The notes beneath the pieces were generated by a model. That model was not told the DNA's origin and did not search any database. It worked only from the letters and a program-made list of their open reading frames with translations. A DNA stretch of 64,000 bases. It comes from Squalus acanthias (lineage: Eukaryota). Made by a program: the position numbers and the translations under genes. Shown piece by piece: positions 12,514 to 25,274 of this stretch (positions within the stretch are counted from its first letter, which is position 1; each line of letters starts with the position of its first letter). The DNA lies in contig CM059431.1 in NCBI GenBank assembly GCA_030390025.1, positions 133,364,001 through 133,428,000 of the forward strand. The letters run 5' to 3'.

Positions 12514-15450
12514 GGGGGAGAAATTTGGTATCGCCCCGTTTGGGGCGATAAATTTTGAAATTGTGAAAAATTACCGCCAGGCACTAATGAGTCTGAGGTT
12601 TTCCTAAATTGGCTGTTAGCGCTCCTGGAAAGAGCTGGAGCGCTAAATCAAGCACTAATGACTAAGCAGGGCGCTACAGGGGCGCTACTGGGTGATGCAC
12701 TGGTGATAAGCGGGCTGCAACAAGGCCAGGAGGAAAGGGTAGCTTGGGAGCCAGCTCCCCGAAGGGCGATTTCGCATGCGACTTCTGCTGCACAGGACTC
12801 AGATGAGGACCTTGATGGGGAGGCGTTCACAAGATGATGGCCATGCACTCTGAGATGATAGGTGCAATGACATGGGTGCCCGAGAGCCTCTCGGCAATGG
12901 TAAAGGAGCGTGGAGGAGTCCGCCTCCAACATTGCACAGAGTTCTGCGCACACTATGGAGCCCATCCTTGGCAGTCTGCAGAGGATGGTGGACTCCCAGA
13001 GAGACCGTGCGGATCCAGACCTCATGACGTGTGTCATGGGCGATGTGGCAACTTCCATTGCAGCACAGGCGGACGCGACGCAACGTCTTAGTGCTGTAAT
13101 GCAGGCAATGGTTGGTGGCATCGAGTCTCAGACTGCTCTCATGTAGTCTCAGCTTGCAACCTCTGACTGCTGCCATCATCGCTGGGTCCACCACAGTCCA
13201 CCGGGGATCTCACGGTGTCACAGCAGGCCAGCAATCTGTGCTCCAGCAGATTGGTACGGATGCTGAGGTGCTGCCCCGGGGGAGTGGCAGTGGGTCAGTG
13301 GAGCAGGAACCTGCTGTTCCCTCTCAGCATTAATGATCCCACCACTGCCATCCGCCATTGCATTTGTCGCTGCCTGTCATCCAGCCAGCCCAGACTGCCA
13401 CCGCCCACCCTGAGGTGGCGCAGAGTACAGCTGGGCCTTCCAGGCCCAGAGCTGGTCGAGGGCATCCTGCAAGGTCATCTGTAGTCTCTGGCACTGACAC
13501 TCAGCAGCCTTCCACCAGCCCTGCTGCAGCCACTGGGGAGACACTACGTAGGAGCAGTAGATTAGGGAAAGGCACAGTAAACAGGGGAAGTAAGGGTTTG
13601 CACAAGGGTGATTAGTTAATATTGTTGTTGAATATATGTGGTTGCTGAATTTGGATAAATTTATCATTGGAATGTTGCAGATTTGGGGCTGTGTCTCATT
13701 TCAGCTTTGGAGTTTGGTATGGAATGAGAAATTGATGGAATGATGGGGACTGGCTGAGCAACTGGGAAGTGGCCTCCAATTCATTGGAACCGAAGTCCGA
13801 TGAGGGGGTCACTGACCACCCTTCCACAAGGCTGATTGAGTGGCGGCCTCCTCCGTCGCTGATGTTCGTGCTCCTGTTCCTCCTCCTCCTCCTCCTGCTC
13901 ATCCTCGTACTCCTCGTCTCCCTCTTCCTCTTCCTGAGGTGGTGTGGCTATGCCTGGTGGCAATGGCTGGGCCCTCATGATGGCTAAGTTGTGCAGCATG
14001 CAGCAGACGACGCCGAAAAGGGACACCCACTCAGCCGAGGACTGGAGGGCTCCTCCCGAGCGGTCAAGACAGCGGAACCGTTGCTTGAGCACTCCGATGG
14101 TCTGCTCAATGATGTTCCTGGTGGCAGCATGGCTCTCATTGTATGAGTGCTGGGCAGGAGTGTTGGGGTTGCAGAGGGGAGTCATGAGCCAGGTGGGGAG
14201 CGTATAGCCCTTGTCTCCCAGCAGCCAGCCACGAGCTTGATGTGGTGGCTGGAACAGAGCTGGCACACCGGTCTGGCGCAGGATGAAGGCATCGTGGCTG
14301 CTGCCAGGATAGCGGACATTGACGGTGAGGATTCGCTGTGTGTGGTCGCACACCAACTGCACATTAAGTGAGTGGTAGCCTTTGCGGTTACGGAATACCT
14401 CAGGATTGTTACGGGGTGCCCACAGAGCGACGTAGTGCAGTCAATGGCGCCCCGCACTATAGGGAAGCCCGCTATCCTGGCAAAGCCACATGCACGCTCG
14501 TGCTGCTTCTCTCTGGCCATGGGGAAGAAAATGTAGTCCCTTCTCCTTCTGTAGAGAACATCTGTGACCTCGTGGATGCAGCAATGGATGGTGATCTGCG
14601 AGATGTTTGCTATATCTCCTGTTGCACACTGGAAGGATCTGCTGGCGTAGAAACTGAGGGCGACGGTGACCTTGACTGCCACTGAGAGAGCCGTGGTGCT
14701 CCTGATGTGAGGCTCGAGGTCTGGCTGCAGGAGGTGGCAGAGCTCTGTGATCACATCCTTGGTGAAGCAGAGCCTTCTAAGACACTGCTCCTCAGTGAAA
14801 TTGATGTAGGAGAAATGCTGCCGGAATACCCTGGGAGGGTAAGGCCTCCTGTTGAGAGCCCTGTTGGCCCTCCTCCCTCTGGCCACATTTTGCAATCTCT
14901 CTCTCTGCTTCCGCTGCCTCCGACGTTGACGCTGGAGTGCGAGGTTCAGTGCCAGTACAGCCCCCATTGAAGTATGGAAATGTTGCACTTTCAAATCTCA
15001 CCTAAATGAAAGTGAACAATTTTTCTGAGCCAGAAGACTCCTTCACCTGAAAAACGCTGAAATCGCTCAAAATGCCTGTTTGTCTATGTCAAACTGACAA
15101 GGCAGCAGTCTTTGCCGACTAAAAATAAACCGGATGTTGACGCCTTTATATAGCGCTCCTCCAGCCCTCATCCGACTGCAAACCACCTCCTGTACCTGTC
15201 GTTGCTAACGGCAGGCGCTCAGGCAGACGGCGAGAGTGAATTTCTGAGCCGGGACGCGACCGGGGTGCTGCGCAGCCGGATGATGTCACGATCTCCGGCC
15301 GCAGGAGAGTGTGGTGCTAGTGGGTACCGCCGCCGCAGACCTCCACGTCAATTTCGTGGGCGTTGGTCCTATCACCGCACCCGGCCGCTAAGTCGGTTGC
15401 GCCCCCCCAAGGCGCTAACGGGAGGCGCAAAGGTACCCAATTTCTACCCC
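12514..15450. mobile_element. Harbinger family A copy, internally deleted (Myb 5' exons lost)
   Basis: TIRs GGGGGAGAAATT / AATTTCTACCCC. Partner-gene C-terminal remnant on + (~12700-13615). No clean TSD; a few target bases appear lost. Confidence 0.88.
13781..14967 (-). pseudogene. Harbinger transposase with a frameshift near 14430
   Basis: ORF 14182-14994 (to GAIDCT) and ORF 13781-14362 (QLVCDH..LLGDKGY..IIEQTIG) lie in different frames. Confidence 0.9.
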
Positions 15451-15509
15451 CATTAACCAATCCTCAATCCATGCTAAAATATTACCCCCAATCCCTTTTG
15501 TCCTAATTT

Positions 15510-16630
15510 TGTGTAATAACCAACCCTGGTTCAATAGTGAGTGTAGAAGAGCATGCCAGGAGCAGCACCAGCCGTACCTAAAAATGAGGTGCCAACCTGG
15601 GGAAGCTGCAACACAGGACTACATGCATGTTAAAAAGCGAAAGCAGCATGCTATAGATAGGGCGAAGAGATCCCACAATCAATGGATCTGATCAAAGCGC
15701 TACAGTCCTGCCACATCCAGTCATGAATGGTGGTGGACCATTAAACAACTAATGGGAGGAGGAGGCTCCATGAATATCCCCATCCTCAATGATGGTGGAG
15801 CCCAGCAAGTGAGTGCAAAAGACAAGGCTGAAGCAACCATCTTCAGCCAGAAGTGCTGAGTGGATGATCCACATCGAACTCCTCCTCAGGTCCCCACCAT
15901 CACAGAAGCCAGTCTTCAGCCAATTCGATACACTCCACGTGATATCAAGAAACAGCTGAGCGCACTTGATACAACAAAGGCTATGGGCCCCAACAACATC
16001 CCGGCTGTCGTGCTGAAGACTTGTGCTCCAGAACTAGCCGCGCCTCTAGCCAAGCTGTTCCAGTACAGCTACAACACTGGCATCTATCGACAATGTGGAA
16101 AACTGCCCAGATATATCCTATCCACAAAAAGCAGGACAAATCCAATCGGCCAATTACTGCTCCATCAGTCTACTCTCAATCATCAGCAAAGTGATGGAAG
16201 GTGTCATCGACAGTGCTGTCAAGTGGCACTTACTCACCAATAACCTGTTCACTGATGCCCAGTTTGGGTTCCGCCAAGACCACTTGGCTCCCGACCTCAT
16301 TGCAGCCTTGGTCCAAACATGGACAAAAGTGCTGAATTCCAAAGGGTGAGGCGAGAGTGACTGCCCTTGACATCAAGGCAGCATTTGACTGAGTGTGGTA
16401 TCAAGGAGCCCTAGCAAAACTGAAGTCAGTGGGAATCGGGGGGAAAACTCTCCACTGGCTAGAATCATACCTAGCACAAAGGAAGATGGTTGTGGTGGTT
16501 GGAAGTCAATCATCACAGTCCCAGGACATTGCTGCAGGAGTTCCTTAGGGCAGTGTCCTAGGCCCAACCATCTTCAGCTGCTTCATCAATGACCTTCCCT
16601 TCAACATAAGGTCAGAAGTGGGGATGTTCG
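15510..16630 (+). mobile_element. LINE-B internal fragment (pre-RT and RT N-half), stop-riddled
   Basis: Near-identical to 3961-4570 over their overlap. Ends at GGGATGTTCG where a CR1 5' end begins. Confidence 0.85.
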
Positions 16631-17633
16631 GCGAGAGGAGCGGGAGCAGCAGCGCTATAAAGAGCATGAGAGGAAGAGGAGGCAGCGGACCTGGGCGAGA
16701 CCAGAGCGGGAGCAGAGCGAGAGAGACAGAATCTGAAAGAGTGACGTCAGAGTAGAAAAAGTGACATCGGCACAAGGGAAGGAGCTGATTGGTGAGTAGC
16801 TGGTGAGTGTTTTTTTTAAGTTTTAAGTTTATTTCTGCTAAGTTAGTTCTTAGTGTATTAAATAGAGGCAAGGCAGGGCAGCTCAGTCCCGTGGAATGCA
16901 CATCCTGTGCCGTGTGGGAATTCCTGGACGCTTCGCGTAGCCTGGACGACCACATGTGCAGGAAGTGTCACCAGCTACGGCAGCTCGAGATCCGTGTTTC
17001 GGAGCTTGAGCAGCAGCTGGAGTCACTGCAGAGCATCCGCAAGGCTGGGAGATACGTGGATAGCATGTTTCTGGAGGTGATCACCCCGCAACTTAAGAGT
17101 ATGTAGGCAGAGAGGGAATGGGTGACCGTCAGACAGAAGAGGAGGACCAGGCAGGTAGTGCAGGAGTCCCCGGAGTGCATCTCGCTCTCCAACCAGTATT
17201 CAGTTCTGGATACTGATGGGGGCGATGGTTCCTCTGGGGAGTGCAGCCAGAGTCAAGTCCACGGGACCACGGGTGGCTCAGCTGCACAGGGGGGGAGGAA
17301 AAAGAGTGGAAGAGCAATAGTGGTAGGGGATTCGATAGTTAGGGGAGCAGACAGGCGTTCCTGCGGCCGCAGACATGACTCCAGGATGGTATGTTGCCTA
17401 AAATAAAAACAGAAAATGCTGGAAATACTCAGCAGGTCAGGTCAGGTGAAGAGAGAAACAGAGTTAACGTTTCAGGTCGATGACCCTTTGTCAGAACTGG
17501 TATGTTGCCTCCCTGGTGCCAGGGTCAAGGATGTCACTGAACGGCTGCAGGACACTCTGAGAGGGGAGGGTGAACAGCCAGAGGTCGTTGTCCATATCGG
17601 TACCAATGACATAGGCAGAAAGAGGGATGAGGT
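16631..17633 (+). mobile_element. CR1 5'UTR plus ORF1 fragment (Zn-finger/zipper and SGNH esterase), 3'-truncated
   Basis: CTSC..CRKC, GDSIVRG and HIGTND motifs; homologous to 26230-27230. Confidence 0.85.
17400..17497 (-). mobile_element. 98-bp Penelope-like terminal fragment with a degenerate hammerhead
   Basis: 13-bp TSD TGGTATGTTGCCT (17387-99, 17498-510). Its reverse complement matches 21785-21884. Confidence 0.85.
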
Positions 17634-18838
17634 TCAAAGCACTGATTCCCGCCCAAAGCCAGCCAGCTGGGGAGGCTGGCTGGCTGTCGGGCAGGTAGTA
17701 CTGTGGCACTAGGCCACAGAAAGGAGGGAGGGAGGGATTGGGGTGGCGGGGGGGTGGGGCAGTGGTCGGAGGCCAGAGGAGGATCGGGGCCGAAGGATTG
17801 GGGCTGCAGGAGGATCAGAGCCAGAGGATCGTGGCCAAAGGGTCCAGCCCGGAGGAGAATCGGGACCAGAGAGGGGAGGTTGGAAAGTGATCGGGGCCGG
17901 AGAGGGGAGGCTGGAAGGTGATCGGGGCCAGAGAGGGGAGGCTGGAAGGTGATCGGGGCTGGAGAGGGGCGGTTGGAAGGTGATCGGGGCCAGAGAGGGG
18001 AGGCTGGAAGGTGATCGGGGCTGGAGAGGGGCGATTGGAAGGTGATCGGGGCCAGAGAGGGGAGGTTGGAAGGTGATCGGGGCTGGAGAGGGGCGATTGG
18101 AAGGTGATCGGGGCCAGAGAGGGGAGGTTGGAAGGTGATCGGGGCTGGAGAGGGGCGATTGGAAGGTGATCGGGGCCAGAGAGGGGAGGTTGGAAGGCGG
18201 GACCAGAGGCCAGAAGGGGGGTCAGGGGTTGAAGGGAGGATTGGGGGGCAGGGGGCCGAGGATCGAAGGCTGGAGGGGGGATCAAAGATCAGAGGCCTTG
18301 TGGGAGGGGTGTTGGAGGCCCTGTGAGGGTTTTGGATGCCTTGGGGGGGAGGCTGGCCTTGGGGGGGAGGTCGGGGGAAGATTGAAAGGGTTGGGATACA
18401 GATTGGAGGCCTCAGGGGAGGGACGAAGGCCTTGGGGGGCAGATCAGAGGCCTTGAGGGGAGATCAGAAGAGTCGGGGCACTGTCCGATCGTGGGGGGTT
18501 TGTGAGGGAGGGATGCTGAATCCAGCAGGTAAGTGGAAAGGCTCTTGCCTCCTGGATCCAGCAGTTCTCGCCTCCCTTTAGCTGGCGGGTTCCCCGAGGC
18601 CTGGGAAACCTAGCCAGCCAGAGTTAAATTTGAAATGGTGGATCAGCATGAGGCACGGAGCCTCATTATAATATTTAAATAGACGACCCGCCTCCAGGAA
18701 ACGGGTTGGCTGCCTGTCCCCCATCCCATGTCCATTAAAACCGGAAGTGGGTGGGTTGAGGGTAAGGATTCAGGTTTTTTACTCTTTAACTTCCCACCGA
18801 ACCCCAACCCACCCATTTTTGAGGGTTAAAATTCCCCC
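17634..18838. mobile_element. Truncated MITE-like element with an internal minisatellite
   Basis: Right end GTTAAAATTCCCCC resembles the Harbinger TIRs in this window. Left TIR not found. Confidence 0.45.
17860..18198. repeat. 31-bp minisatellite (~11 units; GATCGGGGCCAGAGAGGGGAGGCTGGAAGGT)
   Basis: GATC recurs at 17889, 17920, 17951 and onward; two variants alternate. Confidence 0.92.
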
Positions 18839-18859
18839 CATGACGACAGAAAAATCATG

Positions 18860-20720
18860 ACAAGGAATTAAACATTGCAGGGTATAACATATTTAGAAAA
18901 GATAGGGAAGATAGAGTGGGGTGAAATAACTGTACCTATTAGAGATAACATAATGGCAGTAGAAGAGAAAAGTAATGCGGCCAACAGTAAGACAGAAATA
19001 GAATCCACGTGGATAGAGATAAGAGATAAAAAAGGATCAATCACACTAATGGGGGTAATCTACAGACCACCGAATAGTGGAAGGGAGGTGGAGGAAGAAT
19101 ATTGCAAACAAATTAGGGAAATGAGTAACAAACATAGAATAATAATCATGGGGGATTTCATGGGAGAATGAACCAGAGCAGATAAGAGAAGTAAAAGTAG
19201 GGGAACATCTGGGCAATAGTGACCAGAATATAATATGATTTCAGACAATAATTGAGAAAGATGTAAGCAGGACAAAGACTAGGGTAATAGATTGGGGAAA
19301 AAGCTGATTTTGAGGGGCTGAGAATAGAACTTGGGAAAATAAAATGGACAACAATATTGGCAAACAATGATGTATACAGCAATGTTAAACATTTAAAACG
19401 GTGTTCAACAGAGCCCAGGAAAAATATATTCTGTTAAAAAACAAGGACAAACTAAACACTAATGAGACACCATGGATGAATAAAGACATAAGGGAAAAAT
19501 TGAGGGTAAGGAAAGGGACATACACTAAGTACATGGACAGCAGAGGAGAGCATGACAAGGGAGAATATGAAGAAACTGAGGGGGAGAAATTCGGTATCGC
19601 CCCGTTTGGGGGTCTAAATTTTGAAAGCTGGAAAAATTAGTGCCTGGTGCTAATGATTCTCAGCTTTCTCTAAGTTGGGTGTTAGTGCTCTAGGAAAGAA
19701 GTTAAATCAAGCGCTACCACTTTCCTTCTGGACCGCTAAACCATGCAGGAGGGGCAGTAGAGGTGCAGCGCTGTACAATGTCCCGTGCAGCGCTGCCGGG
19801 ATCTGAGGCCCCTTCCCTCCCTTAAAGGGAAGGGCCATTGCTGCAGGCTCTACATTTCAAAAATGTCCCTCGTTGCCGACGGCAGCCGGGATCCGCGATG
19901 ATCAGCCTCAAGCATTCTAACAGAGTGCAGGGCTGATCATTCGCGGCAGTTAAACATTTTCAAACGGCAACCAAAGGGATGGAAACAAAGTTTTTCTGCA
20001 GACCAACAGCCTTACCTTTAATTACCGCTCCCGATGCGCCCAGTCTCCTGAACAATGCCTCCTGTAGCTGTCGGTGTTATCGCTCGGCGATGCTGCAGGG
20101 GCCGGAACCAAACTTCGGGTCCGGGGCACTACCGGGGCGCTGCGCAGCCAGATGACGTCATGATCTCCGGGCACAGGAGATCGTGGTGCTAGGGGTTACC
20201 GCCGCCGCAAACCTCCAGGTGAATTTCACGGGCGGCGGTACTATCACCGTGCCTGGGCGGTAAGTCGTTAGTGCCCCGTTATCACCCCCGGAGGCGCAAA
20301 GTAGGCGAATTTCTAGCCCTCAGAGAGAAGTCAAAGAAACAATTAGGAAGGCAAAGAGGAACTATGAAATTAAATTATTCAGGAACATAAAACAAAATAG
20401 TAAAATATTCTATAGGCACTTAAATAAAAAAAGCAAAGTCGGGATGGGAATAGGGCCACTAAGGGACAGTTAGGATAAAACCACAGGCAGCGATAGCGAA
20501 ATGGCAGAAATATTAAATAATTATTTTGCTTCAGTATTTACCAGGGAGACAGAGTAGGAGGACATGACATCAGAGGATGAGATTAGAAATGATACAACCG
20601 CATTTAAAATTAAAAGAGGAGAAATATTAAATAAACTACTCAAACTCAAAGAGGATAAAAGACCTGGTCTGGACGGATTGCATCCATGCATTTTAAAACA
20701 ATCTAGGGAAGAGATAGCCA
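18860..20720 (+). mobile_element. Old CR1 ORF2 fragment (APE endonuclease to pre-RT linker)
   Basis: GVIYRPPNS..IIIMGDF, YFASVFT and KRPGLDGLHP motifs; many stops. Confidence 0.8.
19580..20319. mobile_element. Harbinger family A MITE (740 bp)
   Basis: TIRs GGGGGAGAAATT / AATTTCTAGCCC; flanks TGA/TCA. Subterminal regions match 12514 and 15450. No coding capacity. Confidence 0.88.
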
Positions 20721-22110
20721 CAAGCATCTTTCAGTTGTTCAGGTCAATATCACACGACATATCTTCCTTTTTCCTCAACCGAGGATTCCCCTCTACCGTG
20801 GTCGACACGGCCCTCGACCGTGTCCGTTCTATCTCCCGCACTTCTGCCCTCGCCCCGGCCCCTCCCTCCCAGAACCACGATAAAGTTCCCCTTGTCCTCA
20901 CCTTTCACCCCACCAGCCTCCACATTCAACGGATCATCCTCCGCCATTTCCGCCAGCTCCAACGTGATCTCACCACCAAACGTATCTTCCCCTCACCTCC
21001 CCTTTCAGCATTCCGTAGGGACCGCTCCCTCCAAGACACCCTAGTCCACTCCTCTATCACCCCCAGCACCCCTTCCCCTTCACCCGGCACCTTCCCGTGC
21101 AAGCGCAGGAGATGCAACACATGCCCTTATACCTCCCCCCTTCCCACTCTCCAGGGCCCCAAACACCCCTTCCAGGTGAAACAGCGATTTACTTGTACTT
21201 CTTGCAATCTAGTATACTGTATTCGCTGCTCACGATGTGGTCTCCTCTACATTGGGGAGACCAAACGCAGATTGGGTGACCGCTTTGCGGAACACCTCCG
21301 TTCAGTCCGTAAGGGTGACCCCGAGCTTCCGGTCGCTTGTCATTTTAATTCACTCCTCCATTCCCACTCAGACATCACCGTCCTCGGCCTCTTGCATTGT
21401 TCCACGGAAGCGCAGCGTAAGCTCGAGGAACAGCACCTCATCTTTCGTTTAGGCACTTTACAGCCTTCCGGACTCAATATCGAGTTCAACAATTTCAGAT
21501 CATAACCCCGGCCCCCACCACATATGTATACATTTTATCCACTCTTTTGGTCCGTGCCTTTTTCCTTTTTTTTTCCTCTCTCTCCCCCCACGGCAGCTGT
21601 CTCTCATTCTGCCAGCATTTCACACTTTACCTTTTGTTTCTTAACCTGTCCCATTACCATCTCGTCTTGCCTTGAGCATCTCTTAATGTCTCTACTTACC
21701 ATAGACCCCCCCCTTTTGTTCTTTTATTCCTCCCCCCAGCCTCCCCCTTGCATTTTTATCTGTTTAATTTCCTGCTCTGTTCTCAGTTCCGACGAAGGGT
21801 TTCGACCTGAAACGTTAACTCTGTTTCTCTCTCCACGGATGTTGCCTGGCCTGCTGAGTTTTTCCAGCGTTTTCTGTTGTTATTTCACACAGCTTCAGGT
21901 TGTGCTGCAGTATCTCCTTAAAACACTTTCCCTATCTACACTGTGAATGATTGCCATGTTTGATCTCACTGTATAGAGCACTCTTGGGAAGTCTGCTATT
22001 ATCTATTTGAACATGTCAGAACCAGCAGCGCTGTGCTGTTGATAGCACTGTCTGAATGTTATTTGATTTTTTCTTAACATTTTAGCATCTTGTAAGTGGT
22101 AGTGTAATCT
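20721..22110 (-). mobile_element. Ancient RTE-clade LINE C-terminal relic, split by the Penelope insertion
   Basis: Minus strand joined across 20755/21891 (with a frameshift) reads TAQRCWF*HVQIDNSRLPK..LYSEIKHGNHSQ..KCFKEILQHNLKLCDID, like the RTE consensus QLRW.GHV.RM...RLPK..LY.EL..G.R..G..KR.KD.LK..LK.C.I. Confidence 0.65.
20756..21884 (+). mobile_element. 5'-truncated Penelope-like element: RT C-terminus, GIY-YIG endonuclease and 3' UTR with hammerhead-like motif
   Basis: FLNRGFP, CKRRRCNTC, NLVYCIRCSRCGLLYIGETKRRLGDRFAEH and GLN motifs, open to TAA 21505. TCACAC on both flanks (20750-55, 21885-90). Confidence 0.92.
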
Positions 22111-22375
22111 TGCCATTTGATGTGCATGATGGATTTGAAGGGGAAGCTAGATGGCCCAGATTTGGCTGTCAAAATAATGGTGAGTTTAATAGCACTCGGC
22201 GTTATTAATTTGGAAATCATCCAGCAACTTGTGGTGAGGAAGATATACACCGTGAATTGTGAATCTCCACAAGTTGCTGAACGATTTGCACCACTCCACT
22301 GTTAGCCTCGTGAAAATGGCAGCTCGCCCTCAACCTCATGAAATTGCAACATTTGCGTATTAATTGACAATTAAA

Positions 22376-24505
22376 AAGGATATTGAGGCCCTGGAAAAGG
22401 TGCAAAAAAGATTTACAAGGATAATAACAGAACCGAGAGTTTATAATTATCAGGAAAGACTGAACAGGCTAGGTCTCTTTTCACTAGAAAAGGTAAGGCT
22501 GAGTGGTGACCAAATAAAGGTTTTTAAATTATGAAGGGGTTTGATAGGGTAGACGTAGAAAAGATGTTTCCACTTGTGGGAAGTCCAAAACTAGGGACCA
22601 TGGGCTAGAAATTCGTTATAGCCAAGGAATGGGCAGTGCTTAGACTAAAAATGGTGAATTAACGCCAGGTGAAAATCATCCAGACTGCACAAAAAATTTG
22701 TCTTCACTCCTCAGTAAAATGATTGGAGCCATAAATCTAGTCTAAAAACCCAAGCTCATTGCCGTTACACTGAAAAGATGGTGTAGTCTAAACGCAAGAA
22801 ATGATTGCCACCGGCTTTTTTCACTGCATTAATGCTGCAGCACCTCATTCTCAGCGTTGTTGGCTGTGCAGCTGCCTCAACAACCATAAACAGCAGGACA
22901 AGGAGAAGGAGCACTTATTTACAAATCCTGATGGCAGATTGCCGCCCCAGGGAGAGAGCCCGCAGTTTTTCCCATGAAGCTTTGGAGGCATTGGTTTTAG
23001 TGGTGGAGAGAAGGTGACTGGTCCTGTACCCACCAACTGGTAGGAGGCACTCGCCAAAAGTCTGCCACACTATGTGGAGGGAGGTGGCACACCACATCAC
23101 GGACAGCACTGTGGTCCCCAGGAATAACTTTAACGGGCTCACATGGGTGGGCAGGGTGAGTGAAGGCTTCAACAAATGCTACATACCACCATCTGTACCA
23201 TAAGCTTCACACACTGCTCAATCTACCACTCCCCCAGCACTCACCCACCAACAATCTCTACCTATCACCACTCATACTCACATCTCACGCCTTGCACACA
23301 ATGACAGCTATTCAACTATGGCAGGCACAAGGGTCATTACTTATTAGAATGCATGTGATATGTGTGATATATTTATGCATAAATTTATTAATAGAGTTTG
23401 GAATATTTTGTGATCTCTCTCATTTCACCTTTGCACCCAGGAGGACGCTGTGATATGGCATGACACAGGGATGGTATGATGGGGATGTGGTGAGCAATGG
23501 GGATCTGGGGTTTCATCCATTCAAATCGGAGTCTGATGAGCTGGTCACGGATCGCCTATTCAGAAGCTTGATTGTCCGGCTGCCTCCTCCCTCCCTCCTG
23601 TTCCTCGACTTCTTCCTCCTCGTCTTCTTCCTCCCTCGTCCCTCTGTGCACATGTTCCCATCTTCCTCATTGCCTCCACTCCCTCCGCCATAGATCCTGG
23701 AGGGTGAGGTGGACTGCCAGTACAGCCCCCATGACTTTTAGCAAGTGTTGTAGGTTGAATCTTTCAAGAATAAATTTTGCACTTTTCTACTTGCCACAAC
23801 ACTCCTGATACCAAAAAACCTTCAAATCACTAAATAAAACTGTTGCAGTATCAGGAACTAACACACAGGCACTGAAACTTCACTAACCTGTCAGGTGCAT
23901 GTGATTGGGGCTGATCCCTTTAAATAATGTCCCTGCAGCCAGCTTCCTGGTGCTGCACACCAGGACAGTTCTCCCTGTCAGTGTTTACTCCAGGTGTAAG
24001 TGGTGAGAAGCAATTTGTCAGATCGGGCATTCAGTGAGTGTTGCACACTTACTGATGTCACGATCTTCCTGGTGTTGAAGTCCCCAGCGATCGCTGTTAC
24101 CGGCTTGCTACGGGAATCCCGATTTGGCGTGCAGCGCTGGATTCAACAGGAGCTGTCGTTACAGCTCTCAATTCCGCATTAAGGCCATCTACTGGCGCTA
24201 ACCGGCGGCGCTAAGGGGACAAATTTTCCCCCCATATATATAACATAGTCACTAATAAATGTAATAAGGAATTCAGGAGAAAATTCTTTACCCAGAGAGT
24301 GGTTAGAATGTGAAACTTGCTACCACATGGAGATGTTGAGAAACGTGGTATAGATGCATTTAAGGGGAAGCTAGATAAGTACATGAGGGAGAAAGGAAAG
24401 GAATAGAAGGGTATGCTGATAGGGATACATGAAGTAGGGTGGGAGGAGGCTCGTATGGAGCATAAACACTGGCATAGTCCAGTTGGACTGTTTCTGTGCT
24501 GTAAA
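22376..24505 (+). mobile_element. CR1 3' fragment split by a Harbinger derivative
   Basis: KDIEALEKVQKRFTR motif and a CR1 3' UTR; collinear across 22601/24236. Confidence 0.8.
22602..24232. mobile_element. Internally deleted Harbinger (family A-related)
   Basis: CAT TSD (22599-601, 24233-35). TIRs GGGCTAGAAATT / AAATTTTCCCCC. Myb remnant MADCRPRERARSFSHEALEALV on +; joined transposase termini on -. Confidence 0.82.
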
Positions 24506-25274
24506 TTCGGTGTGAAAACTCACCATTCACCAAGGTCCCAGATGGCCAGTTGCCCTCGTTACCAGTTCGCATTTCCAGCAACTTGCAGGGCAAAACATTT
24601 TCAAGCTGAAGGGTGAGGGAAAAGTCTAACTAACAGCGCACACTGTGAGATGCCCCGCTCCAGCAACATTTGGCCCAATAATGTTTTATTTTAACTTCAA
24701 TTTAAGATGAAGATTTTAATTGGGCACTTACGATAACAGTGCTGTCTGCTTTTACTTAATCAAGGTTTTAAATTAATGGGCTAGACTTTGCTAAAAATAA
24801 AATAATGGCATCAGAACGATACCCGCCATTATTAATGCACAGGTCAGTTTAAAAAAAAAAGAAGTTTTTATTCATTTTTATGGGATGTGGGCGTCGCTGG
24901 CAGGGCCAGCATTTATTGCCCATCCCTAGTTGCCCTTGAGAAGGTAGTGGTGAGCCGTCTTCTGGAACTGCTGCAATCCTTGTGGTGAAGGTACACCCAT
25001 AGTGCTGTTAGGGAGGGAGTTCCAGGATTTTATCCAGTGACGATGAAGGAACGGCGATATACTTCTAAGTCAGGATGGTGTGTGACTTGGAGAGGAACTT
25101 GCAGGTGATGGTGTTCCCATGTGCTTGCTGTCCTTGTCCTTCTAGGTGGAAGAGGTCGCGGGTTTGGGAGGTGTTGCCGAAGAAGCCTTGGTGAGTTGCT
25201 GCAGTGCATCTTGTTGATGGTATACACTGCAGCCATGGTATGCCAGTGGTGGAGGGAGTGAATGTTTAAGGTGG

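Larger units (their letters stand above)
7115..15510 (-). mobile_element. CR1 LINE 3' part, fragmented by four later insertions (pieces 7115-7479, 11530-11674, ~11764-12102, 12391-12513, 15451-15510)
   Basis: ORF 7199-7438 (RTRGHSLRIRGRPFRTE..FFTQRVVNLWNSL) and ORF 11872-12198 (DDTKLDGKV..WQMEYNVGKCEVMHFG). The pieces are collinear across the insertions. Confidence 0.85.
22153..24676. mobile_element. Non-autonomous TIR element (GGGCCAGATTT-type ends) hosting CR1 and Harbinger insertions
   Basis: GGCCCAGATTTGGCTG...CAGCAACATTTGGCCC; both arms homologous to those of 24778-37196. Confidence 0.6.

Noticed and set aside
20564..21505. 313-aa ORF as a novel fusion gene
   Set aside because: Chance in-frame join of a decayed CR1 piece, ~35 bp of antisense RTE relic and a 5'-truncated Penelope ORF. 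No evidence of expression.
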